In this document: in pieces, positions 27,825 to 37,741 of the stretch
Layout: every line of letters starts with the position of its first letter
How positions within the stretch are numbered: the stretch's first letter is position 1
From: Candidatus Moraniibacteriota bacterium
Lineage (GTDB): Bacteria; Patescibacteriota; Minisyncoccia; Moranbacterales; JAPLXC01
Assembly (NCBI GenBank): GCA_026396275.1
Contig: JAPLXC010000019.1
Coordinates: forward strand, 355 to 64,354
Direction: 5' to 3'
DNA length: 64,000 nt
Translations under genes and position numbers: made by a program
Notes under the pieces: model-generated
Told to the model about the DNA's origin: nothing
The model's database searches: none
What the model saw: only the letters and a program-made list of their open reading frames with translations

Positions 27825-28781
27825 TCATCTTTCACCTCCAAATTGTTTATTGGCTTCTTTTTTTGTTCCCTTTAACCTCCAAGGACGGACTATTTTTACC
27901 GCTCCAACAGCAATCGCACTGGCTCCGGCTTCTTTCATAAGTCGCACGTCACCTCTTTTGTAAATACTCCCGGCAATTATCGGAAGTTCAATATCCGCCT
28001 TTCTTGCTCTCCAAATCCATTCAGCTGTTAGCTGTGTTTGCCAGGGTCCAGAATAGCCACCGCCCCCGTAATTATGAAGGGGTGATATTCCATTCTTGAA
28101 TAATTTTTTTCTGAATTTTTCCGGAAGTTCGTAAAATGGATAGGTATTGGGTATGGAAAAAGCATCGCAAAATCCTGAATGAGCAAGCTTGACTGCCAAA
28201 AAAATGGGAATAAGAAGATTGAATTTTGCAATCAGCGGAACTCCTAAACCGTCCATTATTTCGAAGTGGAGCAAAGATTCTTTCGCAAGTTTTCGGGTGT
28301 CGTGACCAACGTTAGGACAACTTTCATTTATCTCAACAGCAATTTTAGCTTTAAGATCAGGAATTAACCTTTTAAGATGGGTTTTTATTCCTTTCATTTC
28401 TTCAATCCTTTGTTCCAAACTTTTCCCGATAACCATGACGGATATTACAAAGTTTTTAGTCATTTGCTGCCAAATGTTCCTGCTGATAAGATCATCAAGA
28501 CCGGTATTAGTAAGTTCAACAGCATTGAGAACAAAAGACCTTAAAAAATCCACATAAATGCAGTCCGGAAGTTTATCGAGTGGTTGCAATGTTTCCTTAT
28601 TGATTGGCATATTGCCGATTGTTTCTAGAAGCGTTGCGGTTTTTGAGATGTGCGTTATCCCATCCATTGTATAACCGGGAATGAACTTAAAATATTTGTC
28701 GTACGGCCAACCATCTTTGAAAAAATTCATACTTCCCGATGCTCCGAAAATATTTCCAAATTCAACTCCTCTCAGTTTCAT
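27825..28781 (-). CDS. Dihydroorotate dehydrogenase-family TIM-barrel flavoprotein (class 1-like)
   Basis: NESCPNV, GGGGYSGPW and IIAGSIYKRGD...GASAIAVGA motifs match the DHODH/DHPD fold. Confidence 0.65.
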   Translation of the reverse strand: MKLRGVEFGNIFGASGSMNFFKDGWPYDKYFKFIPGYTMDGITHISKTATLLETIGNMPINKETLQPLDKLPDCIYVDFLRSFVLNAVELTNTGLDDLISRNIWQQMTKNFVISVMVIGKSLEQRIEEMKGIKTHLKRLIPDLKAKIAVEINESCPNVGHDTRKLAKESLLHFEIMDGLGVPLIAKFNLLIPIFLAVKLAHSGFCDAFSIPNTYPFYELPEKFRKKLFKNGISPLHNYGGGGYSGPWQTQLTAEWIWRARKADIELPIIAGSIYKRGDVRLMKEAGASAIAVGAVKIVRPWRLKGTKKEANKQFGGER

Positions 28782-28949
28782 AAATTCCTCCTATAATTTA
28801 TGGTTTTATATCCAATTTTTATTCACTTTTTAAAAAACTGCCTAATTTCTTATAGCACAACCTTCATTTCTTGTCACTCTTGACAAAAATAGGTAATATG
28901 TGCTAATCTATGCTGTTACATATTCAGTAAATTTTTAGCTCAAAATTTA

Positions 28950-30020
28950 ATGAAAAGCCCATCTCTTACCAAGGAGGCGCAAAAAGAAGAAAAAGATGTT
29001 TCTGGCGGTGATTTTTGCTTTCAAAAAGCCCTAAATGAGGTTACTTCCGGCTTTCCGGAACGTTCTCGCAGCATAATTTTGATGCGTTACGGGATCAGCC
29101 AGAAGAATCCGAAAACGCTTGAGGAAATCGGCAATTCCTACCGCGTTACCCGGGAAAGAATACGGCAGATAATCCGGGAAGTTATCAAAAAAGTTGAGGA
29201 GAAGAAAGAAAATCCCATTTTGCAGGAGGTAAGCAGAAAAATAACATTTACAGTAAACGAAAAGAGTGGTATAATAAAGAAAAAAGAACTGATAAAACTG
29301 CTTGGTAAGGGGAATGAAAAAGAGTCCGGAGCGGTTGAATTTTTCTTGGATTGCCTGAAAGACCCGGTAATGGCGGAAACCAAAGGCGAAATGGAAGAGT
29401 CCTGTATTCGGATTGAGTTTGACTTGGATTATTGGAAAAAAATAAAAGACATTGCCAAAAACGTTTTGGAAGCCGAGGGGAAACCAATTAATGACGATGA
29501 GTTGGCGAAGAAAATTTTACTCCAGGTTCCAGCCATAACCCGGAAAAAACTGTTTGATTACCTGGCTCCCTCAAAAGAAATCGTAAAAAATAATTTTGGA
29601 AAGTGGGGACTGGATAATTGGCCGGAAATTACTCCTAAAGGAACACGGGAGAAAGCGTATCTCATGCTCAAAGAAAGCGACCGGCCGCTTCATTTCAGAG
29701 AAGTCGCGTCTCTTATTGATCATTACAAGCTTAGCAAGAAAAAGACCCATCCCCAGACGGTTCACAATGAACTTATCAAAGACAGCCGCTTTGTGTTAGT
29801 GGGAAGAGGGGTTTACGCTCTGTCTTCCTGGGGATACAAAAAGGGAACAGTCAAGGAAGTGCTGGAGGAAATTTTAAAAAATAATAAAGGGCCGATGAAA
29901 CGCGGGGATATACTCAATCAGATACTCAAAGTGCGCCAAGTCAAAAAATCGACGGTAATAATCAATCTTAATAATTTTTTTCTGAAAACTGGCAGAGATG
30001 AGTACACCATTCGCCGGTAA
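28950..30020 (+). CDS. DNA-binding protein with a sigma-70 region-4-like HTH and a HARE-HTH (RNAP delta-like) domain
   Basis: LEEIGNSYRVTRERIRQI (region 4). PLHFREVASLID...THPQTVHNELIKDSRFVLVGRGVYALSSWGY (HARE-HTH pattern). Confidence 0.55.
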   Translation: MKSPSLTKEAQKEEKDVSGGDFCFQKALNEVTSGFPERSRSIILMRYGISQKNPKTLEEIGNSYRVTRERIRQIIREVIKKVEEKKENPILQEVSRKITFTVNEKSGIIKKKELIKLLGKGNEKESGAVEFFLDCLKDPVMAETKGEMEESCIRIEFDLDYWKKIKDIAKNVLEAEGKPINDDELAKKILLQVPAITRKKLFDYLAPSKEIVKNNFGKWGLDNWPEITPKGTREKAYLMLKESDRPLHFREVASLIDHYKLSKKKTHPQTVHNELIKDSRFVLVGRGVYALSSWGYKKGTVKEVLEEILKNNKGPMKRGDILNQILKVRQVKKSTVIINLNNFFLKTGRDEYTIRR

Positions 30021-30048
30021 AAAACAAAAATAGTTAACAAAAAATTCA

Positions 30049-31332
30049 ATGGATTTTTTTGTACAAATTTTTAAAGATCTCTTTGAAAACGCAAAAGCCA
30101 TAGGGAACATATTTTCGTATGTCTGGTTTATCGTGTTGCCTATGGCTTTTTATTATTTGTTCAAAGTTCTGTGGCTGGAATATATTCGCACCCGGTACGG
30201 GAAATCCATTAAATACGTTCTTTTAGAGATCATTCCGCCGCGCAACGTTGAAAAAAGCCCCAAGCCGATGGAGTCGCTCTACTGGGGAATATCAGGAGTG
30301 TTAAAGACATTCAACGCTCTGGAAGAATTTGTAAAGGGAATGACCACCTTCAAATTCAGTTTGGAACTGATGAGCAGTGAAGGCACGGTCCATTTTTACA
30401 TTAGGACCCCGGTGCAATTCCGCAATTTGGTTGAGGCCCATCTCTACGCCCAGTATCCGGACGCGGTAATCAAAGAGGCCCCGGATTATATTAATGAAGT
30501 TCCCAAGATCGTTCCCAATCGCGAATGGAATCTCTGGGGAACGGACTTTGAGCTGGTAAAACCCGATCTTTATCCCATCCGGACTTTTCGCTATTTTGAA
30601 GAAGATATCACCGGAAAAATGATTGATCCTTTATCCGGACTAGTGGAAACAATGGGAAAATTGGGACCAAACCAAAAAATCTGGTTTCAGTATGTTATCG
30701 TGCCCGAATATGAAGTTCATAAACCCTGGGTAACTGCGAGCCGGGCGGTAATAGATAAACTAGCCGGAAGAGACAAGAAACAGGAAAGTGTCTGGAGCAG
30801 AATCTGGAGCGATATTGTTGATGTTATTTCCAATATCGGAAACGCTCTTTTCGGACCGGTTGAATTTACCAAGAAGGAAGAAGCCAAAGAAGAAGCGCCG
30901 CTTGAATTCCGCCTTACTCCAGTAGAAAAAGAAATACTCAAAGCGGTGGAAAACAACTTCGGAAAAAACGCTTTTAAGGTCAAAATGCGCTTTATTTATT
31001 TTGGGAAAACAGAAAATTACGACCCGACTTTTATTTCCGCATTCGTCGGCGGGATCAAGCAGTTCAATGACATCAATCTCAACAGCTTCAAGCCCTATGA
31101 TAAAGCGAAAACATTCGCTGATTATATTTTAGTAGAACCCCGTTTGCGCCACCGGCAAAGAAAAATTTTCCGCCGTTACCGGGACCGGGACACCGATGGC
31201 AAGACCTTTTATCTTAGCACCGAAGAACTGGCCACTGTCTATCATCTTCCCGATATGTCGGTAGTGGCGCCGTCTGTTACCTATGTGGAAGCCAAAAGGG
31301 GAGGAGCGCCGGCTAATTTGCCAGTTGAATGA
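30049..31332 (+). CDS. Hypothetical membrane-anchored protein, partner of the downstream ATPase
   Basis: Single N-terminal TM helix. 427 aa with no recognisable catalytic motif. Only 85 bp upstream of the ATPase gene. Confidence 0.45.
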   Translation: MDFFVQIFKDLFENAKAIGNIFSYVWFIVLPMAFYYLFKVLWLEYIRTRYGKSIKYVLLEIIPPRNVEKSPKPMESLYWGISGVLKTFNALEEFVKGMTTFKFSLELMSSEGTVHFYIRTPVQFRNLVEAHLYAQYPDAVIKEAPDYINEVPKIVPNREWNLWGTDFELVKPDLYPIRTFRYFEEDITGKMIDPLSGLVETMGKLGPNQKIWFQYVIVPEYEVHKPWVTASRAVIDKLAGRDKKQESVWSRIWSDIVDVISNIGNALFGPVEFTKKEEAKEEAPLEFRLTPVEKEILKAVENNFGKNAFKVKMRFIYFGKTENYDPTFISAFVGGIKQFNDINLNSFKPYDKAKTFADYILVEPRLRHRQRKIFRRYRDRDTDGKTFYLSTEELATVYHLPDMSVVAPSVTYVEAKRGGAPANLPVE

Positions 31333-31416
31333 TACGAATAATAATCCGAATTAGATCCGAATAAGATGCGAATTTGAATTCAGATTTGGATGTAATTTGG
31401 ACAATAATTCGAATAT

Positions 31417-33168
31417 ATGTCAGATGTAACATTCTTCGCCAAAACCAATTTCCGCAACGAGGAGCAGACATTTGGAATTAAAACCGACGACCGGCGCCGG
31501 CATATGTATGTTATTGGAAAAACCGGAATGGGGAAAACTAATCTTCTGGAGCACATGGCGATTCAAGACATCAAAAACGGACACGGCATAGCCTATGTTG
31601 ATCCCCATGGCGACACGGCGGAAAAAATAATTAAAACCATTCCTTCAAACAGAATAAACGATGTCATATATTTTAACCCGGCTGACCAGGATTATCCGAT
31701 TGCTTTCAATGTGATGGAAAAAGTTGATCCGGAATGCCGCCATTTAGTAGCTTCCGGACTGGTAGGCGTATTCAAAAAAATCTGGGCGGATTCCTGGGGG
31801 CCGAGATTGGAATATATTTTAAGAAACGCGATTCTTTCCCTTCTTGAATATCCCGGAGCGACACTTCTGGGGGTCACCAGAATGCTGGTTGATAAAAATT
31901 ACCGCATTCGGGTGGTAAATAAATTAACCGATCCGGTAGTAAGATCTTTCTGGGTGGATGAATTCACCAAATGGAATGAGCGGGTTCTGCAGGAAGTCGT
32001 TTCTCCGATTCAAAATAAAGTTGGGCAGTTTTTATCAAGCGCGCTTATCAGAAATATAGTAGGCCAGACCAAATCTTCCTTTGATATAAGGGAAATTATG
32101 GATAATAAAAAAATACTTATCCTTAATCTTTCCAAGGGGAGAATCGGGGAGGATAATAGCGCGCTTCTGGGAGCGATGATGATAACGAAGATCCAGCTCG
32201 CCGCCATGGCGAGGATTGATATTCCCGAAGAAGAACGGAAAGATTTTTATCTTTATGTCGATGAATTTCAGAATTTTGCGACGGAATCCTTTGCCAATAT
32301 ATTGTCCGAAGCGAGAAAGTACCGGCTTAATTTGACTTTGGCCAATCAATATATCACGCAAATTGACGAAATAGTGAGAGATGCCATTTTTGGAAACGCG
32401 GGGACGCTTGTTACTTTCCGGGTAGGGGCGGTTGACGCGGAATTTATGGAAAAAGAATTTGAGCCGATATTTATGCTGAACGATCTAGTTAATCTTCCAA
32501 AATACAACATTTATCTTAAATTGATGATAGACGGAATAGCCGGCGATGCGTTTTCAGCTGTGACGCTTCCGCCAATTGACATCAGAGATACCGAAGGAAA
32601 TGCCGGCAAAGTGATAAAAGTTTCCCGCGAGCGATACGCGTCAAGCCGGGCCGAAGTTGAGGATAAAATTAACCGCTGGAGCGGGATGCTGCCGGCAGAA
32701 ACAGTACAAAAAATAGAGAGGCCAAGCAACCAGAAAACTGAAGAACTAAGCAGTCCTGTAGAGCCAGTGGTAGTTGGACGCGAGGCAAGCCAAGTGGCTA
32801 AACAGCTATTTAACGCCGTCTGCGACACCTGCGGTGTGGGAATTCAGGTTCCCTTTGAGCCGGACGGGAGAAGGCCCACGTTTTGCAGAGAGTGTCTGAA
32901 AGATTACCAGCGGACGATGGCGCGGGGCAAAGACCAGGAATCAAGAATTAGAAATCCGGAACTAGTGAGAAAAAATAATATAGACAGGAATAAAGAAAAA
33001 GAAGTTAAGAAAACAGAATTGAAGGCCTATATTCCGCAAGAAAACCCCCTAAAACTTTCTCAAATTCAGCACGTGGCTCCGAAAAAATTTCAGTCCACCC
33101 GCAAAAAGCCGGAAGTGAATCTGGAGGAAGTGAGGAAGTTGATTAAGGAAAGCAGAAATGAAAATTAA
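31417..33168 (+). CDS. FtsK/HerA-superfamily P-loop ATPase (VirD4/TraG coupling-protein-like) with a C-terminal CxxC...CxxC zinc ribbon
   Basis: Walker A VIGKTGMGKT at residue ~36, VDPHGD, Walker B LYVDEFQNF, ARKYRLNLTLANQ, and a terminal CDTCG...CRECL ribbon. No TM segment. Confidence 0.6.
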   Translation: MSDVTFFAKTNFRNEEQTFGIKTDDRRRHMYVIGKTGMGKTNLLEHMAIQDIKNGHGIAYVDPHGDTAEKIIKTIPSNRINDVIYFNPADQDYPIAFNVMEKVDPECRHLVASGLVGVFKKIWADSWGPRLEYILRNAILSLLEYPGATLLGVTRMLVDKNYRIRVVNKLTDPVVRSFWVDEFTKWNERVLQEVVSPIQNKVGQFLSSALIRNIVGQTKSSFDIREIMDNKKILILNLSKGRIGEDNSALLGAMMITKIQLAAMARIDIPEEERKDFYLYVDEFQNFATESFANILSEARKYRLNLTLANQYITQIDEIVRDAIFGNAGTLVTFRVGAVDAEFMEKEFEPIFMLNDLVNLPKYNIYLKLMIDGIAGDAFSAVTLPPIDIRDTEGNAGKVIKVSRERYASSRAEVEDKINRWSGMLPAETVQKIERPSNQKTEELSSPVEPVVVGREASQVAKQLFNAVCDTCGVGIQVPFEPDGRRPTFCRECLKDYQRTMARGKDQESRIRNPELVRKNNIDRNKEKEVKKTELKAYIPQENPLKLSQIQHVAPKKFQSTRKKPEVNLEEVRKLIKESRNEN

Positions 33169-33324
33169 TTTTGATTTTAAATGGAACGAAAAAGTATCAA
33201 GCGGGCTGTGCTTTATTTTGATTTGTCTTTTGAGTTTAATCACGGCTTGGTATGTTGTCAAAGCAGGCGAGAGCATTATTGAAAACCCGCCGCAAGCGAT
33301 TGTGAAAAATATCACGGAGTAGCG

Positions 33325-34545
33325 ATGGATAAATCTTATAAAAAGCAAGTTATTGTAGCGATATCCCCGAAGGAATCCCTTCGGGATCCTACGGGGCAAG
33401 CCGGCGGGCACAGCAAGAAAGTCATTATTGCCATGTCAGGCGGAATTGATTCTTCAGTCGCCGCTTATTTGCTAAAAAAACAAGGTTACGATGTTACCGG
33501 ATTTCATCTCCGGCTTTTTAAGGATGAAAAAAAAGAGAAACAAATTAAAAAAATTGCTAAAATGATTGGCATACCGCTTGTTGTCAGAGACGCCAGAAAA
33601 GAATTTAAGAAAAAAGTGATTGATTATTTTTTGCGCGAATATGAAACAGGAAGAACGCCTAATCCCTGCGTGGCGTGCAACCGGGAAATTAAATTTAAAT
33701 TTTTATTTGACGAATTATCCAAACAAAACGCGGATTATGTGGCGACGGGACACTATGCGCGAATCATGAAACATATAACATATAACATAAAACATGGCAT
33801 TTATAAACTTTACAAGGCCAAAGACAAAACTAAGGACCAGTCATATTTTCTTTACACTCTGGCACAAAAACAATTGGTGAAAATCATATTTCCTCTTGGT
33901 AATTATACCAAAACCGAAGTAAGAAAATTGGCGAAAAAATTTAGGTCTCCAGTGACTCAAAAAGATGAATCGCAAAATGTTTGTTTTCTGGCGGGGAAAT
34001 GCCCGGATGATTTTTTGAAGCGTTATTTAAAATTAAGAAAAGGGAATATAGTTGACAGCCGGGGCAAAATAATCGGACGCCATGAGGGACTTCCCTTTTA
34101 TACTATCGGCCAGCGCCGAGGCATAAAGATCGGCGGAACGGGGCCGTATTATGTAGTAGGGAAGAATAAAAAGCAAAACCGGCTTATTGTAACAAACAAA
34201 AAAGATGATCCGCTAATTTTTCGAAAATCCGCTTTTCTCCAAAACGTCAATTGGATCGCGGGGAAGCCCGCTTCGACTCGGTCTCATCGAGGCGAGCCAA
34301 AACTGCCACTGAAAGTGCTAGCAAGAACCCGCTACCGAAATCCGCTGGTTGGTGCTATAATAGAATTAACCAACAACCGACCCGCCCGCTTCGATTCGCG
34401 AAGCGATTCGGGCAGGCAACTAATAACTAAAAACTTTAAATGCAAAGTCGTGTTTGAAAAACCGCAGAGAGCGGTGACACCGGGGCAATCGGCTGTATTT
34501 TACGGGAAAAATGGCGAGGTTTTGGGAGGAGGAGTCATCAGCTAA
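33325..34545 (+). CDS. mnmA: tRNA-specific 2-thiouridylase MnmA
   Basis: SGGIDSSVAAYLL PP-loop, NPCVACN, ATGHYAR. A C-terminal insertion of about 50 aa. Confidence 0.85.
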   Translation: MDKSYKKQVIVAISPKESLRDPTGQAGGHSKKVIIAMSGGIDSSVAAYLLKKQGYDVTGFHLRLFKDEKKEKQIKKIAKMIGIPLVVRDARKEFKKKVIDYFLREYETGRTPNPCVACNREIKFKFLFDELSKQNADYVATGHYARIMKHITYNIKHGIYKLYKAKDKTKDQSYFLYTLAQKQLVKIIFPLGNYTKTEVRKLAKKFRSPVTQKDESQNVCFLAGKCPDDFLKRYLKLRKGNIVDSRGKIIGRHEGLPFYTIGQRRGIKIGGTGPYYVVGKNKKQNRLIVTNKKDDPLIFRKSAFLQNVNWIAGKPASTRSHRGEPKLPLKVLARTRYRNPLVGAIIELTNNRPARFDSRSDSGRQLITKNFKCKVVFEKPQRAVTPGQSAVFYGKNGEVLGGGVIS

Positions 34546-34581
34546 TCACAAATCTTAAAGAGCAACCTTTAATTTTAAAAT

Positions 34582-34866
34582 ATGGCTCTGGGAAATTTAA
34601 ATTTTAGAGGAAGCGGGAAAACGTTGGGCGGAAAATTTACGCCCGCGAGCGCTAGAAGAGTTTTACAGTCCCAGTTTAAAGACCTGACTCTGGAAGCAAG
34701 AAATTACTTTAGCAGGGAACTTGGCCGCGGCAGGATGATTCACGGAGCTGATTTTGACAAAATTGTGACCGAAGCCCACAAAAGGGGTCTTATTAGCAGT
34801 ACTCATGCCGAGCAAATAAAGGACGTAGTGAAACTTCCCGACGAATTTAATGAACACTGGAAATAA
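34582..34866 (+). CDS. Hypothetical protein
   Basis: 94-aa ORF. Confidence 0.4.
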   Translation: MALGNLNFRGSGKTLGGKFTPASARRVLQSQFKDLTLEARNYFSRELGRGRMIHGADFDKIVTEAHKRGLISSTHAEQIKDVVKLPDEFNEHWK

Positions 34867-34872
34867 ATAATT

Positions 34873-35130
34873 ATGGAAGACCAAGGACAAAGCAAAGGGG
34901 CGCAAGTTCGGCGGATCCAATTGGATCTGACAATACTTGAATCGGATTACCGGAAAAATGAAAGAGAATTGGAGGACTTGAGATTGGAGCTAACTAAAAT
35001 GAAAAGACAAAGGAGCCAGTTGGATTTGGAAATCGGCGAAGAAGAGGAAAAGGTAAAAAAACTGCAAAACGAACAAATGATACTGGTTGACGAACTGAAG
35101 CGACTAAAGCACAAAATGAACCTTTTATGA
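34873..35130 (+). CDS. Hypothetical coiled-coil protein
   Basis: 85-aa ORF rich in charged heptads. Confidence 0.4.
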   Translation: MEDQGQSKGAQVRRIQLDLTILESDYRKNERELEDLRLELTKMKRQRSQLDLEIGEEEEKVKKLQNEQMILVDELKRLKHKMNLL

Positions 35131-35155
35131 AACTTTTAAGTATTAAGCTAATTTT

Positions 35156-35389
35156 ATGGCGTCAAAAGATAAGTATTTTTCAGTTGTTAAGGACGTAGCC
35201 GGGAAATACGGAATTTCGTTATCAAGCGACAGTGAAAGCAGGATAAAAAGCTTTTACGGTTCGGATGTTGAGGGGATGGTCAAAAGCGCTATCCAAGAGC
35301 TTCGCGACAGAGCTATCGAGACGGGAGTAAAATTTGACGAGGGCGATGAACGCTACGCTGAAAAAGAGATAAGAAACAGAATTAAGTAA
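35156..35389 (+). CDS. Hypothetical protein
   Basis: 77-aa ORF. Confidence 0.4.
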   Translation: MASKDKYFSVVKDVAGKYGISLSSDSESRIKSFYGSDVEGMVKSAIQELRDRAIETGVKFDEGDERYAEKEIRNRIK

Positions 35390-35392
35390 ATC

Positions 35393-37336
35393 ATGACCGC
35401 TCAAGAATTACGGCAGAAATTTCTGGACTTTTTTAAGTCGAAGGAGCACGCTATTATTCCTTCGGCGTCTTTAATTCCGCGCGAAACCGACCCGACAGTG
35501 CTTTTTACCACGGCTGGAATGCACCCGCTAGTGCCATATCTTCTGGGGGAAGACCATCCCGGCGGCCGGCGCGTCGCTAACGTGCAAAAATGCATTCGTA
35601 CGGTGGATATTGAAGAAGTAGGGGATAATCGCCACCTTACCTTTTTTGAGATGCTGGGAAACTGGAGTTTTGGCGACCCTGCCTCGCCCGACGGCATTGG
35701 CGGGGCGGGCTATTTTAAGCGCGAGGCGATTGAGTGGAGCTGGGAATTTTTAACTGGCAAAAAATGGCTTGAATTGGATCCGAAAAGAATTTATGTGACA
35801 GTTTTTCAGGAAGAACAGGGGATACCTAGAGACGAAGAGTCAATTATGATTTGGCAGGAAGTGTTGGCTAAAGCCGGAATTTCCAGCAGCGTTGCCGGCG
35901 AAAATTCAATCATCAAAGACGATATCAGAATCATTTCACTGGGAACGGACGACAATTTCTGGATTGCAAGCGCCACTGGTCCCTGCGGTCCGGACACGGA
36001 AATGTTTTATGACACGCGCCCGGCAGATGGCCCAATAAATGATACTTTTGAGAACCTGGTTAATTCCGGCCGCCTGATTGAAATGTGGAACGATGTTTTT
36101 ATGGAGTTTAATAAAACCACCGATGGAAAGTATGAAAAGTTGAAGCAGAAAAATGTGGATACGGGAATGGGAGTGGAACGGACACTGGCGGTGCTTAACG
36201 GAAAAGAAACCGTCTTTGACACGGAATTGTTTGAACCGATTTTCAAGAAAATAAAAAACGTCATCCCGGACTCGATCCGGGATCCAGAAATGGATTCCCG
36301 CCTTCGCGGGAACGACAATGATGATCAGAAAAGCTATAGAATTATCGCTGATCATATAAAAGCTGCTGTTTTTATTCTGGCTGATAGCGTTGTTCCTTCC
36401 AATGTTTTGCAGGGCTACGTCTTGCGCCGCTTAATTCGCCGGGCGATCAGGCACGGAAAAATCATCGGGATTCAGAATAATTTTACCCGGGCAATCGCGA
36501 AAGTGGTGATTGAAACGTACGAAGATTTTTATCCGGAAGTAGGGGAGAATAAAAATAGGATTTTGGAGGAGCTGGAAAAGGAGGAGGATAAATTTAGAAA
36601 AACGTTGGAGAAAGGATTAAAAGAACTTGATTTGTTACTTAAGATTGACCAAGCTATGCCATTTTCTGTTGCTACTTCTAAATCTGGATGGGTGAGCGGA
36701 GAAGAAGCGTTTAATTTATATCAATCTTATGGTTTTCCGTTGGAATTGTTTTTTGAAGAATTGGACAGAAGAAATATCATGTATGATAAAAACAGTATAA
36801 ACAGAGATTTTAATAAAAGATTTATAAAACACCAAAAATTGTCAGAAACAGCGGCGGCCGGGCAATTTAAAGGCGGACTGGCGCAAGTAAGCGAAGAGAC
36901 AGCCCGGCTCCATACGGCCACCCATTTGCTTTTGGCGGCTCTGCGAAACGTTTTAGGGCCGCATGTTTATCAAAAGGGTTCAAATATCACTGCCGAACGG
37001 CTGCGATTTGATTTTTCTCATCCTCAAAAAATGACTTCCGAGGAAATTAAAAAAGTGGAAAGAATTGTGAATGATTATATTGAAAGAAATCTTCCCGTCG
37101 TTGCGGAAGAAATGAGTATTGAAGAAGCCAAAAAGATCGGAGCAATGGGGGTCTTTGATGCCAAATACGGGGAGAAAGTCAGGGTTTACACGATAGGGGA
37201 AAAGATGTTTCCCATAAGCATTGAGATCTGCGGCGGACCGCATGCTAATTCTACCGGAGAACTGGGACATTTCAGAATCGTCAAAGAAGAGGCTTCTTCG
37301 GCGGGAGTGAGAAGAATTAAAGCAATTTTAGAGTAG
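35393..37336 (+). CDS. alaS: Alanyl-tRNA synthetase, short form (catalytic, tRNA-recognition and editing domains; no C-Ala domain)
   Basis: PSASLIP..DPT.LFT.AGM and FEMLGNWSFGDY class II motifs. Editing-domain HTATHLL...H motif present. Confidence 0.85.
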   Translation: MTAQELRQKFLDFFKSKEHAIIPSASLIPRETDPTVLFTTAGMHPLVPYLLGEDHPGGRRVANVQKCIRTVDIEEVGDNRHLTFFEMLGNWSFGDPASPDGIGGAGYFKREAIEWSWEFLTGKKWLELDPKRIYVTVFQEEQGIPRDEESIMIWQEVLAKAGISSSVAGENSIIKDDIRIISLGTDDNFWIASATGPCGPDTEMFYDTRPADGPINDTFENLVNSGRLIEMWNDVFMEFNKTTDGKYEKLKQKNVDTGMGVERTLAVLNGKETVFDTELFEPIFKKIKNVIPDSIRDPEMDSRLRGNDNDDQKSYRIIADHIKAAVFILADSVVPSNVLQGYVLRRLIRRAIRHGKIIGIQNNFTRAIAKVVIETYEDFYPEVGENKNRILEELEKEEDKFRKTLEKGLKELDLLLKIDQAMPFSVATSKSGWVSGEEAFNLYQSYGFPLELFFEELDRRNIMYDKNSINRDFNKRFIKHQKLSETAAAGQFKGGLAQVSEETARLHTATHLLLAALRNVLGPHVYQKGSNITAERLRFDFSHPQKMTSEEIKKVERIVNDYIERNLPVVAEEMSIEEAKKIGAMGVFDAKYGEKVRVYTIGEKMFPISIEICGGPHANSTGELGHFRIVKEEASSAGVRRIKAILE

Positions 37337-37369
37337 CTCTTTTTAAATTTTTAGGGACAAGGGAGGTGG

Positions 37370-37564
37370 ATGATGGCTGGATATATTAAACATATCATAG
37401 AAGGTGCAGCAGCAGCTGCTTTAATTACTACAACAGCTGTCACAGTTTACAGAAGTGAGAAATTTGAAAATTTCATAAGATTTGTTAGATCTGTAATTGC
37501 TGAAGGTTATAAAATGGCCTTTGTAAGATTAAAGGAGAGGAAAAAGAAAGGAGCTAAAAAATAA
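37370..37564 (+). CDS. Hypothetical small membrane protein
   Basis: 64-aa hydrophobic ORF with an upstream RBS GGGAGGTGG, followed by a hairpin and T-run. Confidence 0.3.
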   Translation: MMAGYIKHIIEGAAAAALITTTAVTVYRSEKFENFIRFVRSVIAEGYKMAFVRLKERKKKGAKK

Positions 37565-37641
37565 AAAAGGTGTTGCGGAGTCAGCACCTTTTTTTAAATT
37601 AAAGCATTCCGCCATTCGCGCGAAAGTTCACCAGCGTCAAT

Positions 37642-37678
37642 GGGTTGCTATAAATTGCGTACGCAATCCATAGCAACC
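37642..37678. repeat. Near-perfect 37-nt palindrome GGTTGCTAT-aa-ATTGCGTACGCAAT-cc-ATAGCAACC
   Basis: Self-complementary. A truncated copy lies at 2279-2304. Confidence 0.8.
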
Positions 37679-37741
37679 ACTCTAATTTTTTAAATTTTCC
37701 TATTAGAGCGTGCCTGTGTCGAATCTAACTTTAATAGGCAA

